DNA of 64,000 bases from Chrysomallon squamiferum (GCA_012295275.1 CM022667.1:17918001-17982000); one strand, 5' to 3'. Positions 13,630-27,559 are shown, counted from the stretch's first letter. The notes: generated by a model not told the origin, from the sequence alone. Made by a program: numbers and translations.

Positions 13630-15535
13630 TTAAAACTGGTCTGGAACAAAATAAAATTATTGAAATAAATATTCATATAATTGTAACAGTCTGTATTTTA
13701 AACTACAGTTTTATGTTATATTTTTCCAGATATAAAATATCTGGTGTATATTATATTCTGTTTCACTAAAATGAAATAAAATGTTTAACTGCTTCCTAAT
13801 ATTTAATAAACAGTGTCTGTACTTTCAGAGATGTTTGGAGATGCACTTCAGGATAATTTATTGTATTTAAATATGTGAAGGAGAATTTTTAATATTTAAA
13901 AACAGTTGAAGTTTGTAAAATTAAGGTTAATTATTTATTCATAGTTATGAACAGTTCTTAAATTTGTAAATTATTAAAATTATTATTATCTGTAGTAAAT
14001 GAATTTTATAAAATTTCTCATCTGATAAGTTGATCTAGATACACTAAACAGTAGAATAAACAATAGTATTTTTGTACTGTTTTATTATTTTATGTTAATA
14101 TTATTTCAGTTCTTTGACTATGTTTGTTTGCTTTTACCTTGTAAATATGTAACAAATATGGTAAGAATAATAATCCTGTATGAACTAGTTAACTTCATTT
14201 CACCATCACCTGAAAAAGAAAATAAATAACTGCATCAAATTTCCAAACATTCATATAAACTTTAAAAATTAACTAAATATTTTCAGTGATAAAATTTAAT
14301 TTTTAAGAATAAAAATGTGTTTTGTTTTAAATTATAACATCAAATATCTGTTTTCTTTATTACAACTAATGTAAATAATGTTAATTAATCATTTATATAC
14401 CAGTTTTGTAAACTGAAAATTATTTAATCCTCTAAACTGTTTCTATTGTTTTTAAGAATAGAATTTCTATAAAATATTTGTTTTATCTTCTTAAATGTAA
14501 AAACTAAAGGAGTTTAGATAGATCGATGAGACACAAAACTCAGGCAAAGTTAATGGACAATCTATAACATCTTAATGGGTATTAACTATCCTAACACTAC
14601 CAATAACAATAGCATGTTAACAACACTAAGTAAATCATGCTGTTTACCATAAAATACTGATTAAGAACCATTCCATCAACAGTGATCACCATTATTTTTA
14701 ACAAATTCATAGCCTGGTTTACACGAACATTCAGAATTCTTTGTCACACTACAGTTACATAGAAGATGATCATCACATTGTTTGCACTTCTCACAAGAAG
14801 TTGCTTGATTGTAAACCTCTTGAAAAGTTCCAGGTTTGCATTTTTCACATTCAGGATTTTCATAATTTCCTACACAATTCTTATGAACATATGTCACTGG
14901 TGGGCACTTGGAGAACATTTTATTTGGATTATATGTTGGGCATACTATTCAAGAGAAATTTCTGTAAATCGTAACTAGTTTTACATATATTACTAAATCA
15001 AAAGTGTATAGGCACATGATTACAAGTGTGTAAATATACATTATACACATTTGTATTAGCTGAGAATGTATTTATAACTAAAAGGAAATGCAGATATTGA
15101 ATTACTGGCATAAAACTTTTTTTTTTCTTTCATAATTTACACTTGAAATTCATTCTGCAGGAAGCATTTTTATTTTTTATTTTTTGGTTTACTTCTAGAT
15201 AAATTCATGTTGGAGAGATTATCTATAGGATGGTGCAACTTGTATGCTTCTGATCCCTTTTCATCTTGTCAGGTATCTAGCACTAGACACTATATATGGA
15301 CAGAAAGCAACTATACAACTTAAAATTACTGAATTAAATGCATATAGAACTTAAAAAAAGAAAAGAAAAAAAAAAGAACCACAACTTAAATACATCAAAA
15401 GCAACAAACAAAAATCCAAAACTATGAACACTAGAAAAGAGTATATTTTCCCAAACAAAAGAAACTGACTTTACCAAGACTGAAAAGTGAGAAGTAGCAA
15501 ATACTCACAATATCCAAAGTTAATAAAAAGAACAT
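13630..15535 (-). CDS. TNF receptor superfamily-like protein without cytoplasmic domain (or pseudogene); tentative exons 15535-15475, 14944-14690, 14209-14138, 13640-13630
   Basis: Cys-rich TNFR repeats KCPPVTYVHKNC...ECEKCKPGTF...SCEKCKQC...CSVTKNSECSCKPGY, an upstream hydrophobic signal-like exon MFFLLTLDIVSICYFSLFSL and a downstream hydrophobic exon, all phase 1. The domain call is firm. The splice sites of the CRD exon are weak. Confidence 0.65.
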
Positions 15536-16680
15536 TTAAAAAGTCAAACACTAAGCATTCATGCAAGTAAAGAATTAGTAATGTGTTAGTGAAATCTCTT
15601 GGAAATTCCTACAGACTTATTTCTATAACTGCATGCCGGAAAAATGTTGAAATAATTACCACTATCCATATCTGAAGATCTGGTTAAAAAAAAAAAAAAA
15701 AAAAGTGATTTATTATTTACAATGATAACAAAAATTTGCATTTTTATTTATGATATTCCAAATTTTATAAATAAAAATGTTTTTAAGTTTAATAATGGAA
15801 TACAGTTGTTATATGTTCATTAATATTATATAATTAAAATAATTAGAAAATTATTTACATTCACCAAATTCATGTTGGATGAGTATCATAATCACTGCAG
15901 CAACAAACTGGGAGGTGTCTATATTTCTCAATGAAAAATAAAAGCGATTGGTTATTAATGGTACGAATTGAATTTTCAAAAATTTTAGTTATGTCTATTT
16001 GTATGTTGATTATGTTTAGTTAAAGTGTACTGTTTCAAAAATATCACTGCTTCTTCTAAACAACAGATACAAATGGCAGGTCTCACCAGCTTGAAATCAC
16101 TCTAAATTCAATTTATGCACTGGCAAAATTGCCGTTTCTTTTGTAATGCAACTAGATGCTGTTTAAAATTATCATAACGATAATTGAAACACATCAAGGT
16201 TTAAATTTATTATCTTTTATTTTTATTATTATTATTATTATTATTTTTTTTTTTTTTTTTTTTTATCAATCAAAGGAAAAAGTTAAATAAAAAAAATAAA
16301 AAAGTATTTTAGTAGCATGGACCAACAGGAACGATAACTCGTAACGGCACAAATTGCGTCACGGAAAAAAGCCTCAAGAAATTTTGTCGGTTTAATGGGT
16401 ACAAACAAATGCTAAATGTTTTTTTTTTTTTCTGCTGGGTTCTGAGAGGGGAAACATTGACAACTACAAAAGTTAATACATTAATCTCATTCCGTATTAT
16501 AAATTCAGTTTATAATGCATGCATTTACACAAAAATAATCCAGTTTTAAAAGTAGTTAGAAAAGGCGCGTGGCTTCATGGTTTGGTAATATTAACAACCA
16601 TCATTTCCTTTATCAGTGTAAATCATAAAAGGTTCTGAAAAATGGACGCAAAATAATTTAATTTGGAAGTTTAAAAATGT

Positions 16681-16735
16681 CCGTGAGCTCACGGAAACTT
16701 CCGATCGAAATCCAAGATGGCAGCGTCGAACGCCG
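16681..16735. promoter_or_regulatory. Probable core promoter (CpG-enriched, ETS and YY1-like motifs)
   Basis: Local CpG enrichment, perfect palindrome CCGTGAGCTCACGG, ACTTCCG (ETS) and CAAGATGGCAGC (YY1-like), upstream of the TNFR-like gene. Confidence 0.5.
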
Positions 16736-19700
16736 ATTACTGTTTTGTAGTACAGTTTGTTATGTTTATGATTTTTAATTCGCCATTTATCGCAAGAATT
16801 TTTAAAGCAAAACACGAAGTTAGTTTATTTCTGATCGTATTCATATTATAATGTATATACTTTAGAAATCCGAACACAGGAGAAAACTATGCATCCCAAA
16901 AGTTACTAAAAATATAAACATAGCAGCTCATAGCTTCTATCATTTTAAATAGCAGAGGTTCTTTTATATGTTTGTTATTCTTTTTTTCTTTCTTTCTTAA
17001 TTTTTTATTTTTTTTTTAAATTTATTTTTAGGCAAGCAATATTCATTTGTGGACATAACTTTGGTTATAAATTTACACGCCACTGGTATTGATAGCGACG
17101 ACATGCACGATGTTAGAAATATCGAACTTTGACCTTCCTAGGTGCTAAAAATAGCCTTGCTAAAAATAGTCGGTGTTAAGCAAAGGCGACACCGCCTTCA
17201 CATGAGCGCTTCGTAGAGCGACAGCGCTTTAGCTTTAGGGATGTTCACACACCACGTTTAACACTCTCATACAAACTACTGATTTAACACATAACAAAAA
17301 AACAACATCACCGTTTAAAAGAGCGCATATTAATCTGTATTTGAGTGTAATTGTTTTTCATGTTATATTTTACAGAAGGGATTTGGGAGGGGCGGGAAAT
17401 GGACAAAATCGGCACTTTTTCCACTTACGTTTGTTAGGCTGCTGGTACCTTAATTAATAATTTTTTAATTTTTACAAATATAATCGATAGCAGAGATTGG
17501 CATTGGTTTTCACTGAAAATTTCATCAAGAAAGCTTGATTATTAACAAAGATAGAGGGGAAAATGTTAAAATATTACTATTTTTGGTCACAAACCTCTGA
17601 TGACTTATATAGCGTTTAACCTGCTTTTCAGGGGGTTTAAAATTGCTGCTACTTCCTTAATTTTTTACATATTCACTTGATCTTGGTATCTTTTTAAAGT
17701 GGTTTACAAGCTCTACCCAACTGTCTTATTTATTTTCAGATTAGTGGGTTTTGAAAAATTTGTCCACATACCTACGATTAGTGTTTACAAACGTTAAAAT
17801 ACGTTTGCCTTCGTAATGCAATCAATTCTACATGTATTATTAAAAGTAATTTGGGAAATATGTCATTTAATCAATGCCTCGTATACATAGATGTCTATTA
17901 TTGAGTAGAAACCCCCTTTTCTTTTTGTAGCTTTGTCGTCATACAATCTCGTACACGTTTCCTACTAAAACTACTATGTATTTTTTTCAGATATTACGAC
18001 GTCGCCAGCCAAAAAATAAAAAATAATAAAATAATAATAAAATAAAATAAAATAATTTTCACAGACACTGGCGCGTGAATATGAAGATGAAGATGACTGT
18101 TCTCATTAGGCACCATAATGTGGACACGTTACTCTGCTAAAACTCCATAACAGACAGTTCCGAGTACGAAGTTGTAAAATAATACGTAAAAGCATTAGTG
18201 GTCGTATTTACATGTGAAAAGTAAATTGATCACGTATTATTTGAATGATTGCCTTGATACGTTCATTATTACGCTTGAATCAGTTTTACAACAAAACGTA
18301 TAAACAAAATTAAAGGTCCGTCAACCGGCCTTATAAAAAAATTATTAAAAATAAAATTTTCACTCTTTTTCGTTGAAACAAAAAGCATTCAGACTTGAAA
18401 CAGATGTATGATACGAAAGAAAATTAAAATTAATTGATGGGAATGACCCATATGAGCTGAAATGATGATCAGAAAAAGTTGACATTTTAACTTGATTTTT
18501 TCGCGAAGTCCTTATACTCTGATGATCTGATGTCATAAAACGGATGAGTTTGGTATTAAAAAAAAAAAAATGGCTCCCAGACAGGTAGACATCATTCGTA
18601 TTCCAATACATACACACACTTCAGTTCTACGCATTTCGTTCCCTTGAAATAAAATTTAAGAATGGCAATTATTAGCTGTTTTTTGTGTGACCGTGATGTC
18701 CGCCATAGAATTTTATTTTTATTTTTTAATAAATAAACAAAATTCGAGTTCTGACTGCCATTTGAAAAATACAAATAACTGTTCACCAAAAAAAGATTTT
18801 GAGAAAACACGTAACATTCCAGAAAATAACTAATCTATAGCTTGCAGCCATTAGAAAATTCTAGAAACTATAAATACAGTCCAAAAAGTGACTATTCTGT
18901 GCTTGGAATTTCAAGATAATGGAATATTTTTCAAGTATCTGATTAGTAGTAGAAATTAAAGCCAAAGAAAATGCGTCATTAATCTAACAGATCTGAATGG
19001 ATAATGCAAAATTAATTTAATAAATCTTTTGTTACACTAGTAAAAAAATTAAATAATTAAAATGGGTCCATTAAAATAATACGAAAGACAGGGTGATTGG
19101 TTGCAACCTTATAAGGACTGTGCATCTCATTTCCTTTGAATCGCAAGATAAATTGATACATCGATTAGCAAACAGTTTAATCAAAAAATTATAATCATAA
19201 ATGAATCTATAATAACATTATGATGATACAAGCCATTTACTTACATTTTAATTACCTCAATATTTGCCGTGAACCTGTTTTCATTTGCGTTTGCATACTA
19301 TTATGGTTGAAAGTGATTTATTTTAAACTTCTGTTGCTCATAAATAGAAGCAAGGACAATTAAACTTCTCTATTATTCTTTAGTTTGAAAATTTTATACA
19401 GAAGTTATTTTCATATCTTATAACAAGAGGGGTATACAAAACATATTTTACAATATAGATAAAGCAATTTTTAGTCTGTGAACAGAGATTATGAACAATA
19501 AAATTCTTCCACAAATGATATAATTTTGTTCAGGGGTAATGTCTATGATGCTCTTGTAAACCAATTACCAGTTTCAAATTTCTACTTGCTAACATGAAAG
19601 GCCATTTTTAATACTGTGACTGGATTCTGCAAGTGAGTTTCTTTTGTATAAATGTATCTATGAATCTTATTTCACAGTCTAATCCTGTTTTCGTGGTTCT

Positions 19701-21347
19701 TGTTTCTAATAAAAACATTTCAGTATGTGCTAATCCATGTTAACTATAGACAGAAAATAATCAGCATGGCCACAACAAATGTCCAAAGAAGTAGCTCCAT
19801 TCTTTTGATCAAGATTTTAAATTAAAAAATTTATATCGTTAAAAGGAAAAAGAAAATATCTTGGATAAGTATGCCAACTAGTTCTAAAGAAATTAATTGA
19901 CATTCTCATATTAATTTATTGCAGGTATATTTTTTCAGGCTCTAATGTTGGTCAAAAATATTTGGCTTATGCTTTGCTTGAAGGGGTACTGTCCTAAATG
20001 TTAAATCTATATTTCAGGTAACTTTATATAAAATTAAATAAAAATTACCAGCAAATGCTCAGTGGTGTCCATAGCACATGCCATACCTTGTCTTTGAAAA
20101 GGAGATGTGCATCAGTATCTCCGCTGATATGATTTAGCAGTAAGTCTACAGACTGAAACGTTTCCTCAATTTTTAATTTTTTATATGGTATAGGAAACAA
20201 CAAATAATCATTATTAATATTAAAGTATACTGAAGAATGGTCATTTATTTGACTAATAACAAAGGCAAAACCATGAATTGATTGTATTTTAATACCTTTA
20301 AAAATAAATGAATAACTAAAGAACAGTAACTCAACACTTTCACAGACTTCTGATTCAAAATATATTTTAAAAATGTAACAACAAAAAGAAATCAACTGAT
20401 GTGAGAAGGTCTATGATTATTGTAACAAAAATAATTCCTATTTAATTTTTAAAAGGTAAAATAAGAAATAGTAATTACTTACATATTAAAATGTCTTAAG
20501 GCTTAATAACAGCTAAAATTATTTTGCTTTCATTTTGTGACTAGATGTTCAATGCTGTTCTAACGAAGTTACATCTCTGTCATACATACAGGTTGCATCA
20601 AAACTGGCAAGTCAGCAAAATTTCCATTTACTTTTGCATAGAATTATTTCTTTTAACATACATGTAGAAATGTTAGTTTCAAATTTATAATTTAAAGTTT
20701 GCAGTGAAAGCCATATACTTTAATACTTCTCAAGCATTCTCAGTAACTGTTGTAAATTACTAAAATAAAAACAATAACTTAAGATTCAGAAAATTGCAGG
20801 CTACCAAATGTTGAAAACCCAAACAGAATATTACCAATACATGCTCAGACACAATAAGATTAATTTTAAGGATATAAAAATTAATAAAATGTTAATGAAA
20901 AATACAGTGTGCTGGGTTTAGATCATTTCAAATTTTTTAATATTAAAATAAAAAAAATAAAAAAATGATTATTAAACAGGGATGAGAATGAGTTGTTAAA
21001 AAAAATGCTCTAAAATGCTGTCAAAACCAGTATGTGGCATTCCCAACTAGTAAATAGAAATCCTTGGGATCCGACACTTCTTCCCACAAAAATACTGTCA
21101 GAACAATAGCCACAGTTTAAAGCCAAGCAAAGGCTTGATTTCTGAAATTTTTATTATGCATTCATATGGATTTAAGCTGAAGTTCTACACAGATAACATC
21201 TCTCACAAGTTTAATGTTTTTACACAACAATGTTGTGATAATTAAAAATGTATTTACAGGGCTATGACTGACTTAACACAGAAAACCATACCAATATAAT
21301 CTAAAGACACGTTATTTTTAGCCTCTGCTGTATTATTACTGGAACAG

Positions 21348-21383
<36 letters not shown>

Positions 21384-23027
21384 TACAGTGGAAAAATCAA
21401 CTCTGAACTGTAGGGTCTGTGTGAAGCTATGCAATATTAATAAACGGTAACCAATGCTCAAGCACATAATTCAGAATTTTGATTCTTGATGTAATCTTTA
21501 ATGAAATATTCACATCACTAAAAACTTCAAAAATTCAACTGTTAAAAAATTAAAATAAAGTAAAAACTGCTTCAAAATAAGGAAAAAATCCAAACACATA
21601 ATTTGCAAATAATTGAAAGTACATTGCTTTGTTGATCCTGCAACATGCAACATAATTCAACAAACTCAGCAAAAATGGCAGTGAATAATTTTTATAATTT
21701 GGAACATGTCTATTTTGTAATAAAAAAAAGTAAGTATATATAATAATGTTGAAATAGCAAAATACATTCAAAACATAACACAAAAGCAAAAGTAACATTC
21801 TTGCAATGTAAATATACTGAAAATTAAATATGTAAACAATATTAAAAAAGGCAGACTTAATTGTTAAGCAAATTAACATGCAGTGCACTTTAACCCGTTT
21901 GCCGTATCTCAGACAAAAAGTAAGTCAAACAAATGTAACAATTATAAAGAAGTATAAACAGAAGCTTATAACCAATCTGAGGTTAAAATGTAACATACAT
22001 AGTATTTATATTGAAAAACTTAAGATTATCAAACTAGCAGTACAAAACACTTTCAGAACTATTAATAATACCATGACAAAGGTAGCAATAATACTTGATC
22101 ATTCAGCATTAATACCATTTCAATATACTGATTCATCCGTGACTGCAGTGTGTGTTCGTGCATGCGTGTTTTAAATTGCATCTTTGGAAGTATAAAAGAA
22201 TGTCCTAATTAGCAAAAAAGTATCCAAATCAGTTTCTTTTAATATAAATTAAATATTTTCACATAGCCAACTACATACTTTTATAATTGTAATGAACAGA
22301 AAATTATAATGTTGTTGTCTAAAAACCAAATAATATAATTATAAAAAACCCACCAGCAGTTATTATATATTACAACAAAGTCAAACATATCTAAACAAGT
22401 ACAATGCTGAAATCATTATAGTTGAAACTTTTAAAGAACATTAATAAACATAATACCAATCAAGAAACATAAAACAAGCTGATCAAAAAAAAAAAAATGT
22501 TATGAAATACAGCTTCCCATACAAGATTATCAAGTAACAAAATGATAATAATAGTCATGAAATAAAGCCATTAATAAATGGGAACTGAAGTACAGCACAA
22601 TATTATTCTTCACAAGCTGGGATCAGTAAAGAAATAAACACCACCAGACATCATCTGAATAAATTAAAAAACAGGAAATACATTAACAGTGTTTTAACAA
22701 TGAATAACTGTACCTTCCAGCCCAGCATTCACAACAAAATTCAATATAAAACAATCATGTATCCACTTTAAATGAGATAAATACAATTTTTTTTTTTTTT
22801 TTTTTTAAAATCAACCATGTTTAACAAAACCAAATTACTAATCGTTTATAGTTTTGTAAAATGACACATTCTTTATAAGATATTATTTTTTATTAAAACT
22901 TTTTTTCTGTTTCTCTGGTTTCACTCTGAAAACAAAGGATTAGTTAATATATAAAGAAAGCTTTTATAGTCAAGTCACTTGAACAATAAATCTATTACTA
23001 GATGATTTCACACACATTTCCATGTAA

Positions 23028-26000
23028 TTATGAATATTTGCCATTTCTCACACGTCGTGGCCACACTGGAGGGGGCAGTGGAGGGTTGTGTGAACCATAC
23101 AACATGGTGTTTGGGATTGTTATATTCTCTGGTTGCTTCAAGTTATTCTGAACATTTGTCATTTCTTTGATCTGCTTATCATCATGTTGGTTCAGCAAGG
23201 CATCAGAAAAATGTCGTTCTTTATGCAAATCTTTTCTTATCCACTGCTGCGAACATTGCCAGATGTTTCTGTCTTGTCTTTTCACTGGTGAGATTGATTT
23301 CTTTATTGTTTCATTTGAGAGATCATTTGGATTGGATCTTTCAGTCTGTGATGTTGAAGTTTCATTACTGGTAATATCACTTTTATTTACGTTGTTCTGA
23401 TTGTTGTCTTTATCAGCCGTTTCAGAATGATTGTTTGTCTTTTCAATGACATCAGGTTTGTGTATCTGAGGTGTGCTGCCATTTCTAAAATGCCATCTCT
23501 CCACATCCGGTCTGTGAAATGGGACTCGCGATTTCTGATTGCTGTTCTGAAAATAACCATTTCCTGAACTTCGGAATGTTTTGATATTGGTATGTCTAAA
23601 TATTCCTGGATCTGCAAATATATTGTTTTGTGAAGCAATGTTCCCTTGTGCAGAAAAAGGTTGATGGTTAAAAAAGTTACTGTTCCAACGAGGGACATAC
23701 CTATTAGAATGTGCATTTCGATTCAAACTCTGCACGATTCTATTATTATTTGCACTATTTAGACTGTCTCTGCACTCAGGAGGAGTGTATTTTTGAGATT
23801 TCATCATGCTGCATCCATCATTACCTTCTGGTTTGTTCACGAATGCATTTTCAGTATCAGTCTGAAAATATTTTGTTTTATTTCCAAAGTTATTGTTATT
23901 ATTTTGAGCACCATTAAATGCAGGAAAGTTGTTCTTGCTTTTTTTTGTTTTTTTTCCTTCAGTCATTCCCATTTGACTGTTAGCATTCTGTACTTGCCTG
24001 GAGAAAGGTCCAGTCTTATATCTGTGACTATAAGAAGAATTAGGATCACCATTATGTGCCATCTTGCGTGGATCTGAAAGGGCAGGGAGAACATTTCCAG
24101 TGTTATATTTTTCATCATTCCATCCTGTCAGTGCTTGATAAATGTCATTATTATTCAAATCTGTCACATTGTCACTGTCAGTATCAATATTAGGAGAGAA
24201 TTTGCTATCTTCTGTTTCTGAAATGGGTGCTGTAGATATAGTTTGAATGTTTTTAACAGAAGGAAGTTTCATTGACATATCTGTTTGATGTATCTTCCCA
24301 TTTTGTTTATTAACACCTTCTCTGTTTGCACCCGAGCCATTTCTAACACTACTCTCTGTCTTTTCTTTTCCACTTCTCGTATTGTTTTCATCAGATCTCA
24401 TACTTTTATCTGAACATTTCACCTGCATTGCTGCAGGTATTGAAATCAAGGACTGGTTAAACTTGGGCATCTTCCCTTCAATTTTTTCAAAGCAGTGCAA
24501 GAAGTTGTTTCCTTGGCAACTATGACTTGTCATGCTTCTGTCCAGCCAAAAAACTGTAACATTCATCTGTTTGTCCCTGGTCGGTAATGCAATCAAAAAC
24601 TGTCCAATCTCCAAATCATCTGTACCAGACATGTGTCCTATCAGTCGACTGCGAATTGATGTTGGAGTCTCCCCAATGTATATAGTCTGCCATTTGTAAG
24701 CAATTTTGTATATACCTGCTACATCTTCCTCTGGGACGTCTGAATAAGGTAGATGACTATGTTCAAGCCGAAAACATGCTTTAAACTGTAGTTGACAAAT
24801 AAACATATTATTTATTTCACATTAAGAAATTGAAGAAAATAACTAAATGATTTTTTTATAACTAAGGCCACATTTACAGCTATGTACTTTCACACACACA
24901 CACACACAATGGGTACACACTTGGCCACTCAGAAATAATTTGACTTACAACTTTCGAACCTGTGAAAATTTGTCATTAATTTTATTTTATTTGACTTATA
25001 TTGCCCTTTAAAAATTTGTTATCATATCATAAAACCATAACAGCAGCACAAAAGTGAACAGAACTTCTTTTAAGTTTAATTAAAAACTTTTGTAATTAAC
25101 TATTATATTCTGAAGGACCAATCCAACAAAACATCTGGAATGTTTTACCAAGGCTCAATGCTGGAATGAATAAACAGCTTTTATGGCCAAAATGATGTAA
25201 GCAACCAATTACATGTTTCTACAACTATACAGGATCAACTCATTTGTCACCTGTTAAAAGTTCAGTTAATTTGAACTTCCTACAACACTCACAGTTACAA
25301 TGGCAATGATAGCTTTTGTTGACATCACTTGAGTGATGATTGGGTTTTTGACATAATAATCTCAGTCAAAAACAAAAATATTTCAACATAACGTAATTTT
25401 GGAAAACTTCAGGGACCTAGGATGAATACAGCAAGGTATTCCAACTAAACCTATAAATGTTTAAATGGCCGAGTTTTTCCTATTACTTTTAGACTTTTGC
25501 CTTTCCTACATTTAATTGTGCAGGTATTAATAGAAACAGTAGAAAACAATGAATAAAAACAGTAGTTATTTGCATTTTGAAGCATAATACAACAGGTGGA
25601 AATTTTCAGTTGCCAGATGGGCAACGTGTGATAAGATTTTGACTTGCCCAACACCATTTGACTTACCATGGGTGATCTAATGACTATAAAGTGCCTATCT
25701 AAATAGAAACATTTCTATTAAAATAACTATATTTATTTCCGTATCTTAAAATGTATGCCTATTCTTAATGTACATTACATGAAGGAATATATAATGCAGT
25801 TCAAAAATCATATATTGGCCATGTGGCTATGCTTAAAATTTTTGAAAACTATCATTTTTTAACTGCAGACAATTACAAACCTTTTCACCACTGTATTTCA
25901 CTTTCTTTGGAAGTAACAAATATTCCGATTCCTCTGGTAAATTTTCTCTTTTTCTTGTGGCATCATTTTTATCATTTTCTAAAGCTGACAATGAACTGGC

Positions 26001-26276
26001 CTTGAAAGGTTTGTTATCGTGCTGTTCTGACCTCCTCTTTTCTACATTTTTGTGCTGCAGCTTCCAGACAGACTTTGGTTTTACTGTTACCAGATTTGGT
26101 AGCATCAATCCAGTTTTTCCATCAGTAGTGTGTTGACCTTTTGACTGCAGTGGTTCACATTTTTTTGCCACAGTTGATTGTCCTGGAGGTATTTGGTCAC
26201 CTATTCCTCGAGTTTTTATTTTTGGAATATAATCAGATGTTTCGGCTGAAGAACCATGAAGTGAACAGTTCTTCAT
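23028..26276 (-). CDS. GIY-YIG nuclease-fold domain protein with long disordered N- and C-terminal regions; coding exons 26276-25881 and 24785-23028 (about 717 aa)
   Basis: Motif GIYKIAYKWQTIYIGETPTSIRSRLIGH...PKFN at the start of the 592-aa ORF. Phase-0 donor AAG/gtttgt at 25881 and phase-0 acceptor ctacag/TTT at 24785 join the 147-aa and 592-aa ORFs. There is a 5'UTR exon donor at about 27116 and an acceptor at about 26382. Confidence 0.78.
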
Positions 26277-26743
26277 ATTTTTTATTATAACCTTTATTTA
26301 TTTTTTTTTTTTTATTTATTTTTTTTTTTAAATATTCTTCGGTTATATCCACAATTCAATCCGTTTTCAACCAGTAACAATCTAAAATATAAAAATAATG
26401 CTGGTATAACTTTGCATTTAACAAACCAATACAGAAGTTTGTTTATTGTCACAATCTATAAAAAGCCTTAACATATTGTCTACAAGACCACGTTAACAAG
26501 TAGTTCAAAAGGAAGGAAGGTCAAAAATATAAAAACAGAATAAAGCAACTTATCAGCATATTTATTAATATTATGTTTTTTAAAAATCATCTGCGTGAAA
26601 AGAAACACATTACAATATAAAACTGATAATACCTGAATTAAGAATCCTCATAAATATTTTAATTTGGAATCATTTTTATTTATTTTTATTTATTTATTTT
26701 TCTGATTTTGTACTTCTAAAAGATATATATATATATGTATATA

Positions 26744-26779
<36 letters not shown>

Positions 26780-27159
26780 TGTATTTAACATTGTGAACAT
26801 TCTATTATAAATAAAATAAAATCCAGAACTAAATGAAAGCTAGTTAAAATTGGCTGTGCATTCTTATTTTTAAAAAGAAAAGAAAATGAAAAAGAAAAAG
26901 AAAGAAATTAAATGTCAGAAAAATCATTTTTCTTTATTAATAAACACATTTAAAAATGACCGATTTTAATTAAATTGAAAAAAAAAAATAATAATAATAG
27001 TTTTCTGTCAGTTTTCTTTTAATTTATTCTTGTAAAGGAAAGAAACAACAATATTTAATATATTACAAGAAAAATAAAAAGTAACAGAAAATATTAAAAA
27101 GTATTTTTCGCTCACCGATGGCAATCTTTCTTAATCCTTCTTAAAAACGTATTTTGACC

Positions 27160-27300
27160 TGGATGACGTCCATACTACCTCTAACAGTATTTTTTAACAC
27201 AGGCACTAAATTTCAAGCATCTTCTGCATCTCAAGTTTTGATGGTTTGCTTTCTAGATGACGTCAGGATGCTAAATATTTTTCTACATTCCATTGGTTAA
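27160..27300 (-). promoter_or_regulatory. Likely promoter of the GIY-YIG gene: CRE and CCAAT box
   Basis: Perfect TGACGTCA at 27258-27265, a near-CRE TGACGTCC at about 27164 and CCAAT (minus strand) at about 27292, just upstream of a first-exon donor (gtgag at 27115-27111). Confidence 0.5.
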
Positions 27301-27331
<31 letters not shown>

Positions 27332-27559
27332 ATGTCCCAAAATATTAAAGGTAAAAATTACTATTTTTTGTTAATTCTACATTCAATGCCTAATAATAAT
27401 TATTATTTTGAAACTTTATTAGTCCCGCATAAGTGGCTGTCCTCCAAATCTGAACGGTAAAAGGTCGCAGATAAAATTAATTGTAAAAATACAAGATAGC
27501 GATTGTATAACTCACTTCAACATTGATCAGTATGGATTAAATTAATCAATGGTTTATTG

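Noticed and set aside
16717-16851. 44-codon plus-strand ORF starting in the YY1-like motif (MAASNADYCF...)
   Set aside because: No homology recognised and no downstream exons found; better explained as a promoter motif.
17040-17775. Possible MITE with TGTGGACA inverted ends
   Set aside because: Only about 8 bp of inverted match and no TSD. It may be a transposon half, but this is not supportable.
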